Source of the DNA: Bacteroidota bacterium
GTDB lineage: Bacteria > Bacteroidota > Bacteroidia > Sphingobacteriales > Sphingobacteriaceae
Reading direction: 5' to 3'
DNA length: 64,000 nt
Assembly: GCA_026224775.1 (NCBI GenBank)
Contig: JAMFRP010000030.1
Location: forward strand, 10,013 to 74,012
Positions 16,261 to 25,940 of the stretch are shown here, piece by piece. Every line of letters starts with the position of its first letter. Position 1 is the stretch's first letter. Position numbers and translations under genes: made by a program. The notes beneath the pieces are model-generated. The model was not told the origin of the DNA and did not search any database. It was given only the letters and a program-made list of their open reading frames with translations.

Positions 16261-18834
16261 ATGTTAAAGAAAATACTTACCGGCGGACTATTTATACTCA
16301 CTACCGCTACCTGTCTTGCTCAAAATACCGGTGCGTTGCAGCAACAGGCATTCGCGGACAGTACCGTTATAAGTGTCCATGCTTCTTATGACAAAGGCAA
16401 TAAAATACATCGCTGGCTTTTTGGTGAGAATTTCCGTAAGGAATGGGCGGCGAAAGTAAAACTTCCGCTAATCGATATTAATAAAATCCAGGGAGGTTTA
16501 AACCCATTGCGGTATGGTGGAGGAATGGAGACGAAGGCTATACGGATGGAAGATAAAACCGGTAGAGAGTGGGTTATACGCAGCGTTGAGAAAACACCAG
16601 ATAAACTTTTACCGGAAGAATTGCGCCAGACATTTGCTTTAACCTGGGTGGACGATGAGTATAGCGGACAGCACCCTTATTCGGCATTGGTTGTTCCGCC
16701 CCTGGCTGAGGCGGTAAATGTCCCCCATGCTCATCCTGTTATCGGCGTACTCGTCGCCAATCCCAAACTGGGCGCTTTTGGCCAGGCATTTGCCGGTCGC
16801 GTGGTGTTACTGGAGGAACGTGAACCAACCGGAAAATCAGAGAACACGATTAATATGTTAAAAGGCCTTATAGCGAATAACTATAACCGGATCGACGGCG
16901 ATGAGTTCCTTCGTGCCCGGATGCTTGATCTGCTGGTTGGTGACTGGGACCGGCACGAGGATCAATGGCGATGGACCAGTGAAAAAAAAGGTAAAGAAAA
17001 AATCTACACAGCTGTTCCGCGAGACCGTGACCAGGTATTTCACGTGGATGAAGGTTTTTTCCCTAAGATGGCAGCCACTCCCTGGCTGGACCCGGTGCTG
17101 GGAAACTTTAATGACTCCATTTCGCATGTTAAATACGGGCTGTTCAAGACCCGTTTTATACAGCAATTTCCTGACGCGCAATTCAGCTATGCGCACTGGA
17201 TGAAAGTCGTTAACGATTTCACCAAAGCAGAAACAGATGCTGTCCTTGAGTTAAGTTTACAATGCCTTCCCAAAGAAATTTATCAAATGAAACACGATCG
17301 TTTACTGGCAGGTTTAAAAAAACGTCGTGACCGGATGCCAAAAGCAATGTCGGACTATTACTATTTTATAAACAGGATCGTTGATTTACGTACTAGCGAT
17401 CAGGACGAACAAGTGAATATCGAAGATGCGCCGGATAGCGGAACGCGGATCCTTATTACCCGGCTTAACAAAAACGGTAAGGAAAAAGATGATATACTGG
17501 ATATGATTTATCAGCCCTCGATCACCAAAGAAATCCGTCTTTATGTAGCTGCAGGTAATGATCATGTGGTGATCAACTGCAAAAACTCGCGAATAAAATT
17601 GAGAATTGTGGGCAGTAACGGAGCTAAATCCTATGACGTGCAGCAGGCCAGTAAAATTGTTGACATCTATGGACGGAAGGATAGTGTGAGAGTAACTGGA
17701 AAAGAGCGAAAAATACGGGTACATTTAGCTAATGACACCACAAACACCCGGTTTTTAGTAACTAATCCCTATAATATCTGGATGCCGTTAACTACAGGTG
17801 AAATAAACCGCGATGATGGTTTCCTTCTGGGCGTGGGATTTCGGTACACCGGTAAAGATGGGTTTCGTAAACTGCCCTACTCAACAGTACAGGAAGTAAT
17901 GTTGTACCACTCTTTTGAAACCAAAGCATTCCGCATCAATTATAATGGCCAGTGGATACAGGCAATTGGCAAGGCTGATATTACCCTTAACGCTCTAGTG
18001 GATGCCCCCGCTAACACGATGAACTTCTTTGGACAGGGTAATGACACGCGCCTTGACAAGACAGGTGATTATAAAAAGTACTACCGCACCCGCTTTGATT
18101 TCTATCAGTTGGATCCGGCGCTTCGCTGGCATACAGGTACAGGGTCCACGATAAGTGCAGGACCGTCATTTCAGTACTATCATTTTGACAACAGCGATAA
18201 CAATGGCAGGTCTATCGAACAGCCCGGCTTAATCAAGTCTTATGACAGTACCAACTATACGCAGGATAAACTTCATGTGGGTATAATCGTAAATTTTATC
18301 AGCAACAGACGAAATAATCAAATGCTTCCCTCAAAAGGCTTTTACCTGGCCATTAAAGGACAGGTTTATAGCGGTCTGAACAGCAATTCAAAAGGATTTA
18401 CGCAGATAGAACCTGAATTTACCTATTACCAGAAGATCGATACAGGCGCAAGACTCGTCCTGTCTGACCGAATCGGCGGAGGAGTGAGTTTCGGAAACCC
18501 GGCATATTATCAATCCCTGTTTTTAGGTGGCCAGGGAAACCTGCTTGGCTATTTGCAAAATAGGTTCGCGGGCAATCAATTGGCTTTTAATGACTTTCAG
18601 GCAAGATATAAACTCGCAAATATTGCTGGCTATATATTGCCCGGTGAACTGGGGTTAAGTGGATTTTATGATGTCGGTAGAGTTTGGATCAGTGGTGAAC
18701 ATTCCGATACCTGGCATCAGGGAACAGGGGGCGGCATATATTTCTGCCCCGCAAATCTGACGGTGATACAATTGCTTGCCGGGCACTCCAATGAAGGCTG
18801 GTATCCTTACATTTCTTTAAATTTTAAATTATAA
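16261..18834 (+). CDS. Omp85/BamA-TamA-like outer membrane protein with N-terminal kinase-like domain
   Basis: Signal peptide; YGGGMETKAIR..WVIRSVEK; RARMLDLLVGDWDRHEDQWRW; PRDRDQVF; C-terminal barrel with LGG..NLLGY..NRFAG and FYDVGRVW; likely start ATG 16261. Confidence 0.8.
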   Translation: MLKKILTGGLFILTTATCLAQNTGALQQQAFADSTVISVHASYDKGNKIHRWLFGENFRKEWAAKVKLPLIDINKIQGGLNPLRYGGGMETKAIRMEDKTGREWVIRSVEKTPDKLLPEELRQTFALTWVDDEYSGQHPYSALVVPPLAEAVNVPHAHPVIGVLVANPKLGAFGQAFAGRVVLLEEREPTGKSENTINMLKGLIANNYNRIDGDEFLRARMLDLLVGDWDRHEDQWRWTSEKKGKEKIYTAVPRDRDQVFHVDEGFFPKMAATPWLDPVLGNFNDSISHVKYGLFKTRFIQQFPDAQFSYAHWMKVVNDFTKAETDAVLELSLQCLPKEIYQMKHDRLLAGLKKRRDRMPKAMSDYYYFINRIVDLRTSDQDEQVNIEDAPDSGTRILITRLNKNGKEKDDILDMIYQPSITKEIRLYVAAGNDHVVINCKNSRIKLRIVGSNGAKSYDVQQASKIVDIYGRKDSVRVTGKERKIRVHLANDTTNTRFLVTNPYNIWMPLTTGEINRDDGFLLGVGFRYTGKDGFRKLPYSTVQEVMLYHSFETKAFRINYNGQWIQAIGKADITLNALVDAPANTMNFFGQGNDTRLDKTGDYKKYYRTRFDFYQLDPALRWHTGTGSTISAGPSFQYYHFDNSDNNGRSIEQPGLIKSYDSTNYTQDKLHVGIIVNFISNRRNNQMLPSKGFYLAIKGQVYSGLNSNSKGFTQIEPEFTYYQKIDTGARLVLSDRIGGGVSFGNPAYYQSLFLGGQGNLLGYLQNRFAGNQLAFNDFQARYKLANIAGYILPGELGLSGFYDVGRVWISGEHSDTWHQGTGGGIYFCPANLTVIQLLAGHSNEGWYPYISLNFKL

Positions 18835-19032
18835 CAATACATATAAATAGCGCAGGCCAGTTGTATGGGTCATGCGCCCGCCCCAATGTTGATTATCCAT
18901 CGTTTAATAAAAATCACCTGCTGGTGACGGAATCTTTTATTGTAATTACAGGTTCGGCACAACTCATCGGAGACTATGCCTTAATCAATGAATATTCTGC
19001 AACTAAACCTTATTCTTAAATATTTATATTTT

Positions 19033-19971
19033 ATGGAAACTAAAGTTAATGGCATTCACCATGTGACCGCCATCGCTACCAAAGCGAAACGCAATTTTTT
19101 ATTTTACACGCAGTTTTTTGGAAAGCGTCTGCTAAAGAAAACCGTAAATTTTGATGAGCCCGAGACGTATCACCTCTATTATGGCGATGAGATTGGGACA
19201 CCCGGAACTATACTTACCTTTTTCGCGTGGGATGACATCCCTCCCGGGATCAGTGGCCCGGAACAGGTGGCCCAGGTAGCCTATTCAATAAGCGAGGACA
19301 GCCTCGATTTTTGGTTGAAACGCTTAAAGAGTCACCATATTCAGGTTTCCAAACCCATCGAACGCTTTGATGAAACTTTTATCAGCTTTCAGGATCCGGA
19401 TGGCCTGAACATCGAATTGATAGCTCATAGTGCGCCACAGGTAAATCAGCCATGGGGAACCAATGATATTCCGAAAGGTATGGCTGCAACGGGTTTTCAT
19501 AGTGTTACTATTATTTCCCGCTGCCTGGAAAAAACTGCTGTTATTTTAACCGGCCTGCTGGGTTACCGGCTTGTTGACCGAAAGGATAATCGTTACCGTT
19601 TCATCAATCATCAGGCACAAAATGCGGCGATTATCGATCTGGTAGCTGCCAGCGGAGACGGCCGGGGACTTATTTCGGCAGGGTCAGTCCACCATGTTGC
19701 ATTCCGGGTGGAAAATGAAGCGGTCCTGATGCAGTGCCGGAAAAAAATCGTCGCGGCTGGCCTCAAAATCACTGAAAAAATTGACAGGAACTATTTTTAT
19801 TCGGTCTACTTTCGTGAACCAGGAGGTGTTCTTTTCGAACTGGCTACCGACAATCCCGGATTTACGGTAGATGAGCCATTAAAGCAACTCGGAACAAGGC
19901 TGCAGCTACCCCGGCAATTTGAATCAAGAAGAGCTGAATTGGAAAACCTGCTTCCGTCGTTAAACTCCTGA
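19033..19971 (+). CDS. VOC-family ring-cleaving dioxygenase (MhqO/PcpA-like)
   Basis: GIHHVTA, KKTVNFD, YHLYYGDE, VHHVAF, DRNYFYSVYFREPGGVLFELAT; likely start ATG 19033. Confidence 0.92.
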   Translation: METKVNGIHHVTAIATKAKRNFLFYTQFFGKRLLKKTVNFDEPETYHLYYGDEIGTPGTILTFFAWDDIPPGISGPEQVAQVAYSISEDSLDFWLKRLKSHHIQVSKPIERFDETFISFQDPDGLNIELIAHSAPQVNQPWGTNDIPKGMAATGFHSVTIISRCLEKTAVILTGLLGYRLVDRKDNRYRFINHQAQNAAIIDLVAASGDGRGLISAGSVHHVAFRVENEAVLMQCRKKIVAAGLKITEKIDRNYFYSVYFREPGGVLFELATDNPGFTVDEPLKQLGTRLQLPRQFESRRAELENLLPSLNS

Positions 19972-20039
19972 TTTTCCTTCTTAACCGCCTAAATAAATTT
20001 CATTGCTATATAATTTTACAATTTAACAATTACCACATC

Positions 20040-20393
20040 ATGGATTTCAAAGTAACCAAAGTTTACGCCGATGAAAACGGTGACAGCAGATTTGAAGAAA
20101 TCTTTTTTCCGCTAACAGATAAGGGTCCCATTGGCTCACTTTCAGAAAGCGTCAGTGTCAAAGAATTGCTTTTTAGAATAGTTCCGCCCACCTACGATGA
20201 TTTTCATAACGCGCCTGCAAAACAATTTGTTATCCTGCTGGACGGTGGCGTGGAAATAGAAACCTCCCTGCACGAAAAACGTCAATTTAAAACGGGCGAA
20301 GTGCTATTAATGATAGATACAAAAGGAAAAGGTCACAGAACTAAAAACTTGGAATTTGCAGAAAGGAGATCGCTTTTCATCACCATTGAATGA
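20040..20393 (+). CDS. Cupin-like protein
   Basis: YADENGDSRF..FHNAPAKQFVILLDG.VEIE..GE..L..DTKGKGH. Confidence 0.75.
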   Translation: MDFKVTKVYADENGDSRFEEIFFPLTDKGPIGSLSESVSVKELLFRIVPPTYDDFHNAPAKQFVILLDGGVEIETSLHEKRQFKTGEVLLMIDTKGKGHRTKNLEFAERRSLFITIE

Positions 20394-20416
20394 TTCCTGC
20401 CGTTCGACACGATCAG

Positions 20417-20446
20417 AAAACCCGTCAATACCTGGCGGGTTTTTTT
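20417..20446 (+). terminator. Rho-independent terminator
   Basis: AAAACCCG..CGGGTTTT followed by a T run, 23 nt after the stop. Confidence 0.75.
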
Positions 20447-20557
20447 ATTGCGATGCTCAAAGACCAAACGATAGTTAAAAAATGCCTGTTAACCACTGTC
20501 AAAATAACACAATTGTTCTCTAATCAACATTAACCGCAAAGCATCCTTTCTGTATGA

Positions 20558-20651
20558 ATTCGACTTTTAGCGGTATTTAAACGCGCTTTTTGCTTGTTAA
20601 AAATACAAACACCTCATTATAAGCAACTTAATACAGTGGCACATCTTATGT
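20558..20651 (+). promoter_or_regulatory. Enhancer + sigma54-like promoter module for 20682-21554
   Basis: ATTCG-ACTTTTAG-CGGTA (20558-20575); TGGCACATCTTATGT (20637-20651; perfect -24, weak -12); spacer 61 nt. Confidence 0.55.
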
Positions 20652-20681
20652 AAAATGGTAAATACATTAAAACATTAAGAT

Positions 20682-20927
20682 ATGAAAATCTTACAACAAT
20701 CATACGGGTCAATCATCATTCAAGGAAATGCCTTTGGGATCAGGGCAATACCTGAAGATGATTTTCTAAAGTCACCCGTCGCTTGTACCGGAAAGCATAT
20801 TGCTCAAGAGCAGGCCGGACCGATCCCTTTGTCAGAAAGGTTTCGCAGAAGATTGAATTATCTAAGCAACCGTCTCTTTTTCTTGTACCTCACAGCCATC
20901 GAAACTTTCTACATCATTTATAAATAA
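20682..20927 (+). CDS. Hypothetical small protein (81 aa)
   Basis: ATG 30 nt after a sigma54-like promoter; C-terminal hydrophobic stretch; no recognisable motif. Confidence 0.45.
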   Translation: MKILQQSYGSIIIQGNAFGIRAIPEDDFLKSPVACTGKHIAQEQAGPIPLSERFRRRLNYLSNRLFFLYLTAIETFYIIYK

Positions 20928-20969
20928 TCAATTCAATTAATAATTAACAATTAAAACAAATCAAAAATC

Positions 20970-21554
20970 ATGAAAACTTCAATTGCAATTCTATCAGTAG
21001 CTATAGCCTTGACAGGCTTAAGCCTGCGTGCCACAGCTCAAAGTTCATCTGCGGATTCGTTAAAAGCACGACCATCGTTTAGCATCGGCGCCGACGGCGG
21101 ATTTTCAGCCGGTAGCTTTAAGCATACAAATGGCTGGAATATTGGCGGATCTTTGCAAGCTGATATTCCGATTGTGCAGCAGCTCTATTTCAGCGCAAAC
21201 GCCTCCTACCTTAATTTTTACGGGAGAACAAACATTGATGGAACCGGCGTTTCATCTCCGGCTATTCATTTCCTTCCGGTGAAGGCTGGTTTAAAGTTAT
21301 TTGTTCTTAGCGACATCTATGTACAGGCGGATGCAGGCGCAGGCTTTATATTGAATAAAGATGAGGTTGGCTCTCAACGGACCGCCGCATTTATCTATTC
21401 ACCCCAGGTTGGTATAAAGCTACCGCTGACAGGGAACAGCTTCATTGATGCAAGTGCGCTGTATGAGGCATCAACTAAGTACACCAGCGGAGTTGATAAT
21501 ACTAAAGTCAATTTCTTTGGACTGCGCCTCGCCTATGGCTTATCGACCAAATAA
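20970..21554 (+). CDS. Outer membrane beta-barrel protein (8-stranded type)
   Basis: Signal peptide; amphipathic strands, LPVKAGLK, YVQADAGAGF, FFGLRLAYGL. Confidence 0.85.
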   Translation: MKTSIAILSVAIALTGLSLRATAQSSSADSLKARPSFSIGADGGFSAGSFKHTNGWNIGGSLQADIPIVQQLYFSANASYLNFYGRTNIDGTGVSSPAIHFLPVKAGLKLFVLSDIYVQADAGAGFILNKDEVGSQRTAAFIYSPQVGIKLPLTGNSFIDASALYEASTKYTSGVDNTKVNFFGLRLAYGLSTK

Positions 21555-21566
21555 TTATTTTGCTAT

Positions 21567-21598
21567 CCGGAGAGAGCAGCACCTTCTGTGCTCTCCGG
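21567..21598 (+). terminator. Hairpin after the OMP gene
   Basis: CCGGAGAG..CTCTCCGG arms; no clear T tract. Confidence 0.45.
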
Positions 21599-21670
21599 CT
21601 GGCAATTATTAAATCGTCCTGGAACTGCCGCTTTCTAGTCCATTTATAGCCAAAGAATAAATGAGATACA

Positions 21671-21766
21671 TTTCGATAATTAGCGAAATAAAACTAATAA
21701 AATTAAAATAAAACACCATTCATAATGCTAATTATCAGGTATTTACTCATTGGCATAACACTTGGC
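21671..21766 (+). promoter_or_regulatory. Enhancer + sigma54 promoter module for the esterase unit
   Basis: TTTCG-ATAATTAG-CGAAA (21671-21688); TGGCATAACACTTGGC (21751-21766); spacer 62 nt. Confidence 0.7.
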
Positions 21767-21851
21767 ATATACCAGATATCACATTCATATATTCTAAAAT
21801 CAGAACAATTAATTTATCATTTAAAATTATTCACATCTTAAAAACAATAAA

Positions 21852-22907
21852 ATGAAAACTAATCATAACCCGTTAAAAAAGGTTCTTATTTGTGGCGCAC
21901 TGGCATTCAGTCTGACGGCCGCAGTAAACGGCAAACTATATGCGCAGGGGCCGGCTGCGGATGATCCGCATATTTCACAAGCAGTAAAAAAATTCCTTGT
22001 GCCGTTAAATGCACCCGGCCCCGGTTTGGAGACGCTTGGTCCCAAAGCGGCAAGGCAGGCACTCGTTGACGCGCAGGCTTCTGTTAAATTCGATTACTCC
22101 AAAGTTGTTGAGTCCGAAAAAACAATAGTGGCCGATGGGCATACGATTAAGCTAAGCATCATGAGGCCAAAGGGTGTGACCGGTAAACTACCTGTATTTA
22201 TGTATATCCATGGCGGCGGCTGGGTTTTAGGCGACTATCCTACTCACAGGCGCATGGTACGAGACCTGGTTATGCTAACCGGCTTTGAAGCCGTGTTTGT
22301 TAACTATACGCCTTCGCCGGAAGCAAAATACCCTGTTGCTGTGAATGAAATTTATGCAGCCTCGAAATGGGTAAGCACTCATGGTAATGAAATTAATGCT
22401 GATGGTTCCAAGCTTGGTATTATCGGAAACAGCGTTGGTGGAAATATGTCAACGGCAACTGCATTAATGGCTAATGCTAAGGGCAAACAGATATTTAAAG
22501 TTGAAGTATTAATGTGGCCGGTAACGAATGCTGATTTTGAGGATGGTTCATGGAAAGCTTATGGAGATCAGCGCTTTTTAACTGCTCCATTAATGAAATG
22601 GATGTGGAATAATTATGCCACTCCAGAGCAGAGAAAAGAAATATATGCCTCTCCCCTTCAGGCAACCCCAGCTGACATGAAAGGCTTACCTCCAACACTG
22701 ATCATGGTTGCTGAAAATGATATTTTACGCGATGAAGGTGAAGCATATGGCCGTAAGCTGGATGAAGCCGGCATTGTTGTAACAACTATCCGGTTCAATG
22801 GTGTCATCCACGATTGGGGCTTGTTAAACGGACTGGCAGAAATTCCGCAAACGAAAGCATTGTTCCTTGAGGCATCTGCAACTTTGAAAAAATATCTTAA
22901 TAAATAA
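21852..22907 (+). CDS. Exported alpha/beta hydrolase, HSL-family esterase
   Basis: Signal peptide; HGGGW; GNSVG (Ser); ENDILRDE (Asp); IHDWG (His). Confidence 0.92.
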   Translation: MKTNHNPLKKVLICGALAFSLTAAVNGKLYAQGPAADDPHISQAVKKFLVPLNAPGPGLETLGPKAARQALVDAQASVKFDYSKVVESEKTIVADGHTIKLSIMRPKGVTGKLPVFMYIHGGGWVLGDYPTHRRMVRDLVMLTGFEAVFVNYTPSPEAKYPVAVNEIYAASKWVSTHGNEINADGSKLGIIGNSVGGNMSTATALMANAKGKQIFKVEVLMWPVTNADFEDGSWKAYGDQRFLTAPLMKWMWNNYATPEQRKEIYASPLQATPADMKGLPPTLIMVAENDILRDEGEAYGRKLDEAGIVVTTIRFNGVIHDWGLLNGLAEIPQTKALFLEASATLKKYLNK

Positions 22908-22998
22908 AAAAGCGTTACCTGTTTTTTAACAAAAAAAAATTAACGGCTGGTTGGTAATTACAATCAGCCGTTATTCATCTTCAAGCATTAAGAGTTAT

Positions 22999-23562
22999 AT
23001 GTATAAAATTGAGGAAATTGAACAAACTAAGCATAATAAGCTATCATCTTCCAGGGTTACCGCCATCATCAATGCGCCTATTGAAAAGGTGGACATCGCG
23101 GATTGGCTTTTAAACCTACCGGATAAGGAATATCAACGCTGTTCAACGCAGCATATTGCTGCGGGCGTTACGACCACAGATGATGGCCAGCCGATGAGCA
23201 TCAACGTTGAAACCATTGGCTCAGCACTGATGATTCAGCACTATGTCGCTGTTATTCATCAACCGCATTATTGTCGTATGCTTTCAATTTCAGATGCGAT
23301 AACGCCTTCCGGGCGTACTAAGGTACAGGTATTATGGGAACTCCGAGCAGTGAGCATTGACGGTCAAACGACCGAATTCAGCAATACGATACATGCAACA
23401 GCGACACCCGAATTTATGGACTATCTCGAGAAAAATAAAATGACCATTAGCCAGGCGTCCGAGGCAAGACAAGCGGCGTCGTCTGCGCACAATCTCGAAG
23501 AAACACCATTGTTTGCCAGTAGTATTGGAAGAAAAGCGCTTACAGGAAAATACGGATCATAG
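22999..23562 (+). CDS. Conserved hypothetical protein (possibly SRPBCC/START-like fold)
   Basis: INAPIEKVDIADWL..SINVETIG..MIQHY..WEL; likely start ATG 22999; fold is a guess. Confidence 0.65.
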   Translation: MYKIEEIEQTKHNKLSSSRVTAIINAPIEKVDIADWLLNLPDKEYQRCSTQHIAAGVTTTDDGQPMSINVETIGSALMIQHYVAVIHQPHYCRMLSISDAITPSGRTKVQVLWELRAVSIDGQTTEFSNTIHATATPEFMDYLEKNKMTISQASEARQAASSAHNLEETPLFASSIGRKALTGKYGS

Positions 23563-23753
23563 TAAATTGATTATAGATATTTAATTCTTAACAGGTTATC
23601 ATCATGGTACTCGACAGCTCTTTTTACTGGATTATAACTGTCTTTGCAGGCACCATCATATTTGGTGCAATTGCTTATCCTTCCTCCTACCTGGGCAGAA
23701 AAATAAGACGAAAAAATCCGAAGTCAAAATCTTTAAAAAACTCAATAATATCC

Positions 23754-23999
23754 ATGGAAAATAAATTAGAAGATAACGCGGTCCTATCCCATATCAAAAA
23801 GCTAACCGCCAGAGAAGAACATTTGTATGGAACTGAGCAGCTCAGTGATGAGGATATCAAAGAATTACATCACATTCAATCCGAGTTGGATCAGTATTGG
23901 GACCTGCTGCACCAAAGAAGAGCGTTACGGGATGCCGGAAGTGACCCTAAAAGGGCGGCCATGCGCACCACTGAAACCATAAAAAGCTATGTCAAATGA
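23754..23999 (+). CDS. DUF2630 family protein
   Basis: VLSHIKKL..EE..L..L..I..ELDQYWDLLHQRRALRDAG.DP..A..R...I..Y; in-frame upstream ATG at 23604 adds 50 aa with a TM segment. Confidence 0.8.
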   Translation: MENKLEDNAVLSHIKKLTAREEHLYGTEQLSDEDIKELHHIQSELDQYWDLLHQRRALRDAGSDPKRAAMRTTETIKSYVK

Positions 24000-24325
24000 C
24001 AAGCGGGTTCACAGTGATTAATGACACCTATCATTTAGCATTTGTTGTTGATCTGGACGGTGAACAAGCCACAATAGATTATCGGTATTATAAACATGAT
24101 ATTGCATTTCTGCATAGTTATGTACCTGAGCACTTCCGGGGAAAAGGAGTTGCGAAGGCACTTGCAGAAACCGCTTTAACCTTCGCCAGAAAAGAGAATA
24201 AAAAAATCATGCTGTATTGCCCCTTTATGTCGAAGTATGTCAGGGAACATCCGGAATATCACGACCTGGTCGACACTGAATTTCACCAAACATTCTTCAG
24301 TAAACCGCAAGATGATCCGCAGTAA
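23996..24325 (+). CDS. GNAT acetyltransferase-like protein (YjdJ type)
   Basis: IAFLHSYVPEHFRGKGVAKAL..CPFM.KY. Confidence 0.85.
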   Translation: MTSGFTVINDTYHLAFVVDLDGEQATIDYRYYKHDIAFLHSYVPEHFRGKGVAKALAETALTFARKENKKIMLYCPFMSKYVREHPEYHDLVDTEFHQTFFSKPQDDPQ

Positions 24326-24355
24326 ATTTGCCAACCCAGCCAACAAATAACAAAT

Positions 24356-25621
24356 ATGCATAACAGTTTAATGCCTTTAACCACGGTCAAGCTTTACGGT
24401 GAACTCGATTCCAGGGAGGCATATATTATCCGTGATTTTTTAAAACGGAGCGTTGTAGGGTATGAATGGGTTATCCTGGACGGCCCCGAACAGCTCAAAG
24501 AGCGTGCTCCGGTTAAGGAGGATGATGTTGTCAAACTTCCTGCATTAGTGTTGCCCGACGGAGTCATTCTTTACGATCCCTCAATCTCAGAGATTGCCAG
24601 TAAACTAGGCTGGCTGTTAAAGCCTCAACTGAATGAATATGATCTTTCTATTTATGGCGCAGGACCTGCCGGGCTCAGCGCTGCAGTTTATGCAGCCTCC
24701 GAAGGGCTAAGAACGATCATCATCGAGCGTGAAGCTATAGGCGGACAAGCAGGGACCAGTTCGCTCATTGAAAACTATCTCGGATTTCCCGATGGGGTCT
24801 CCGGAGCCGAACTTGCTGAGCGGGCCAGACAGCAGGCTGTTAAATTTGGAGCGGAAATTCTGTTGATCAGAAACGGTGTCAAGGCAATGTATTTTAATAA
24901 TAAACTGCACGTAGAACTTATTGATGGTAGCAAAGTAATCTCCAGATCGAATATTTGTGCCACAGGTGTTCAATACAGAAAGCTAAATATCAGCAATGAA
25001 GACAGGTTTCGCAACCTCGGTATTTTTTACGGGGCCGGGGCCAGTGAGGCACCCATGTGCATCAATTATACCGTCTACGTTGTCGGGGGCGGCAATTCCG
25101 CAGGTCAGGCCGCCATCTATTTTTCGGCATTTGCGGCTAAAGTTATCATGGTGGTCAGGGGGAGCGACCTGTCTTCTACATTATCCTCTTACCTTTTAAG
25201 CAGAATAGGAAAAAAGAAAAACATAACAGTGCTGTTTAACTCGGAGATTACAGCGCTTTACGGTGACATTGTTTTAAAAGAGATCGAGATAACTGACCAA
25301 AAGAAAAATATCAGTAAGAAATATGCTGCCCAAAAGGTATTCATCTGTATTGGGGGGATTCCAAATACAGACTGGGCGAAAAACACAAAAATCATCAGGG
25401 ACAATGGCGGATATTTCATTACAGGTGCCGATTTGCTGATAAATGGCATACCAGCCCAATGGGAACTGGAAAGGCCTCCATTTTATCTCGAAACAAGCGT
25501 TCCCGGTTCCTTTGCTGCCGGAGATGTCCGGCACAACTCGGTTAAACGTGTAGCCTCTGCTGTTGGTGAAGGCGCGATGGCGGTAACTTTTGTGCATAAA
25601 TATCTGCAAGAAACTTATTAA
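24356..25621 (+). CDS. FAD/NAD(P)-dependent oxidoreductase, thioredoxin-reductase-like, with glutaredoxin-like N-terminal domain
   Basis: IYGAGPAGLSAA, GGQAGTSSLIENYLGFP, VVGGGNSAGQAA, FAAGDVR..SAVGEG; no CxxC. Confidence 0.9.
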   Translation: MHNSLMPLTTVKLYGELDSREAYIIRDFLKRSVVGYEWVILDGPEQLKERAPVKEDDVVKLPALVLPDGVILYDPSISEIASKLGWLLKPQLNEYDLSIYGAGPAGLSAAVYAASEGLRTIIIEREAIGGQAGTSSLIENYLGFPDGVSGAELAERARQQAVKFGAEILLIRNGVKAMYFNNKLHVELIDGSKVISRSNICATGVQYRKLNISNEDRFRNLGIFYGAGASEAPMCINYTVYVVGGGNSAGQAAIYFSAFAAKVIMVVRGSDLSSTLSSYLLSRIGKKKNITVLFNSEITALYGDIVLKEIEITDQKKNISKKYAAQKVFICIGGIPNTDWAKNTKIIRDNGGYFITGADLLINGIPAQWELERPPFYLETSVPGSFAAGDVRHNSVKRVASAVGEGAMAVTFVHKYLQETY

Positions 25622-25626
25622 AAACC

Positions 25627-25893
25627 ATGGATATACCTACATGCGAACACCTTAAAGATTTTAAAATCATCCCAGCAAGCAAAGATTATTGTGAAGAGTG
25701 CATTAAAATCGGAAGCCCCTGGGTTCACTTACGCTGCTGTCAAACTTGCGGCGCTGTTCTGTGCTGTGATTCTTCTCCTAACAGGCATGCCTCAAAACAC
25801 GCTTTTAGTTTGCACCACCCGGTTATCATATCTGCGGAAGCTGATGAGAATTGGGCCTATTGCTACTTAGACGATCAGGCTATAGAAATTTAG
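25627..25893 (+). CDS. Stand-alone UBP-type zinc finger protein
   Basis: C.H..CEECIKIG..WVHLRCCQTCG.VLCCDSSPNRHASKH..WAYCY.D. Confidence 0.9.
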   Translation: MDIPTCEHLKDFKIIPASKDYCEECIKIGSPWVHLRCCQTCGAVLCCDSSPNRHASKHAFSLHHPVIISAEADENWAYCYLDDQAIEI

Positions 25894-25940
25894 CCGGATG
25901 TGATTAAAATATAAACCAATTAACTATTAAATTTAATATA

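Noticed and set aside
18955-18969. CGGCAC-N5-ATCG upstream of the first dioxygenase as a sigma54 promoter
   Set aside because: Poor -12 and no palindrome at the expected 61-62 nt.
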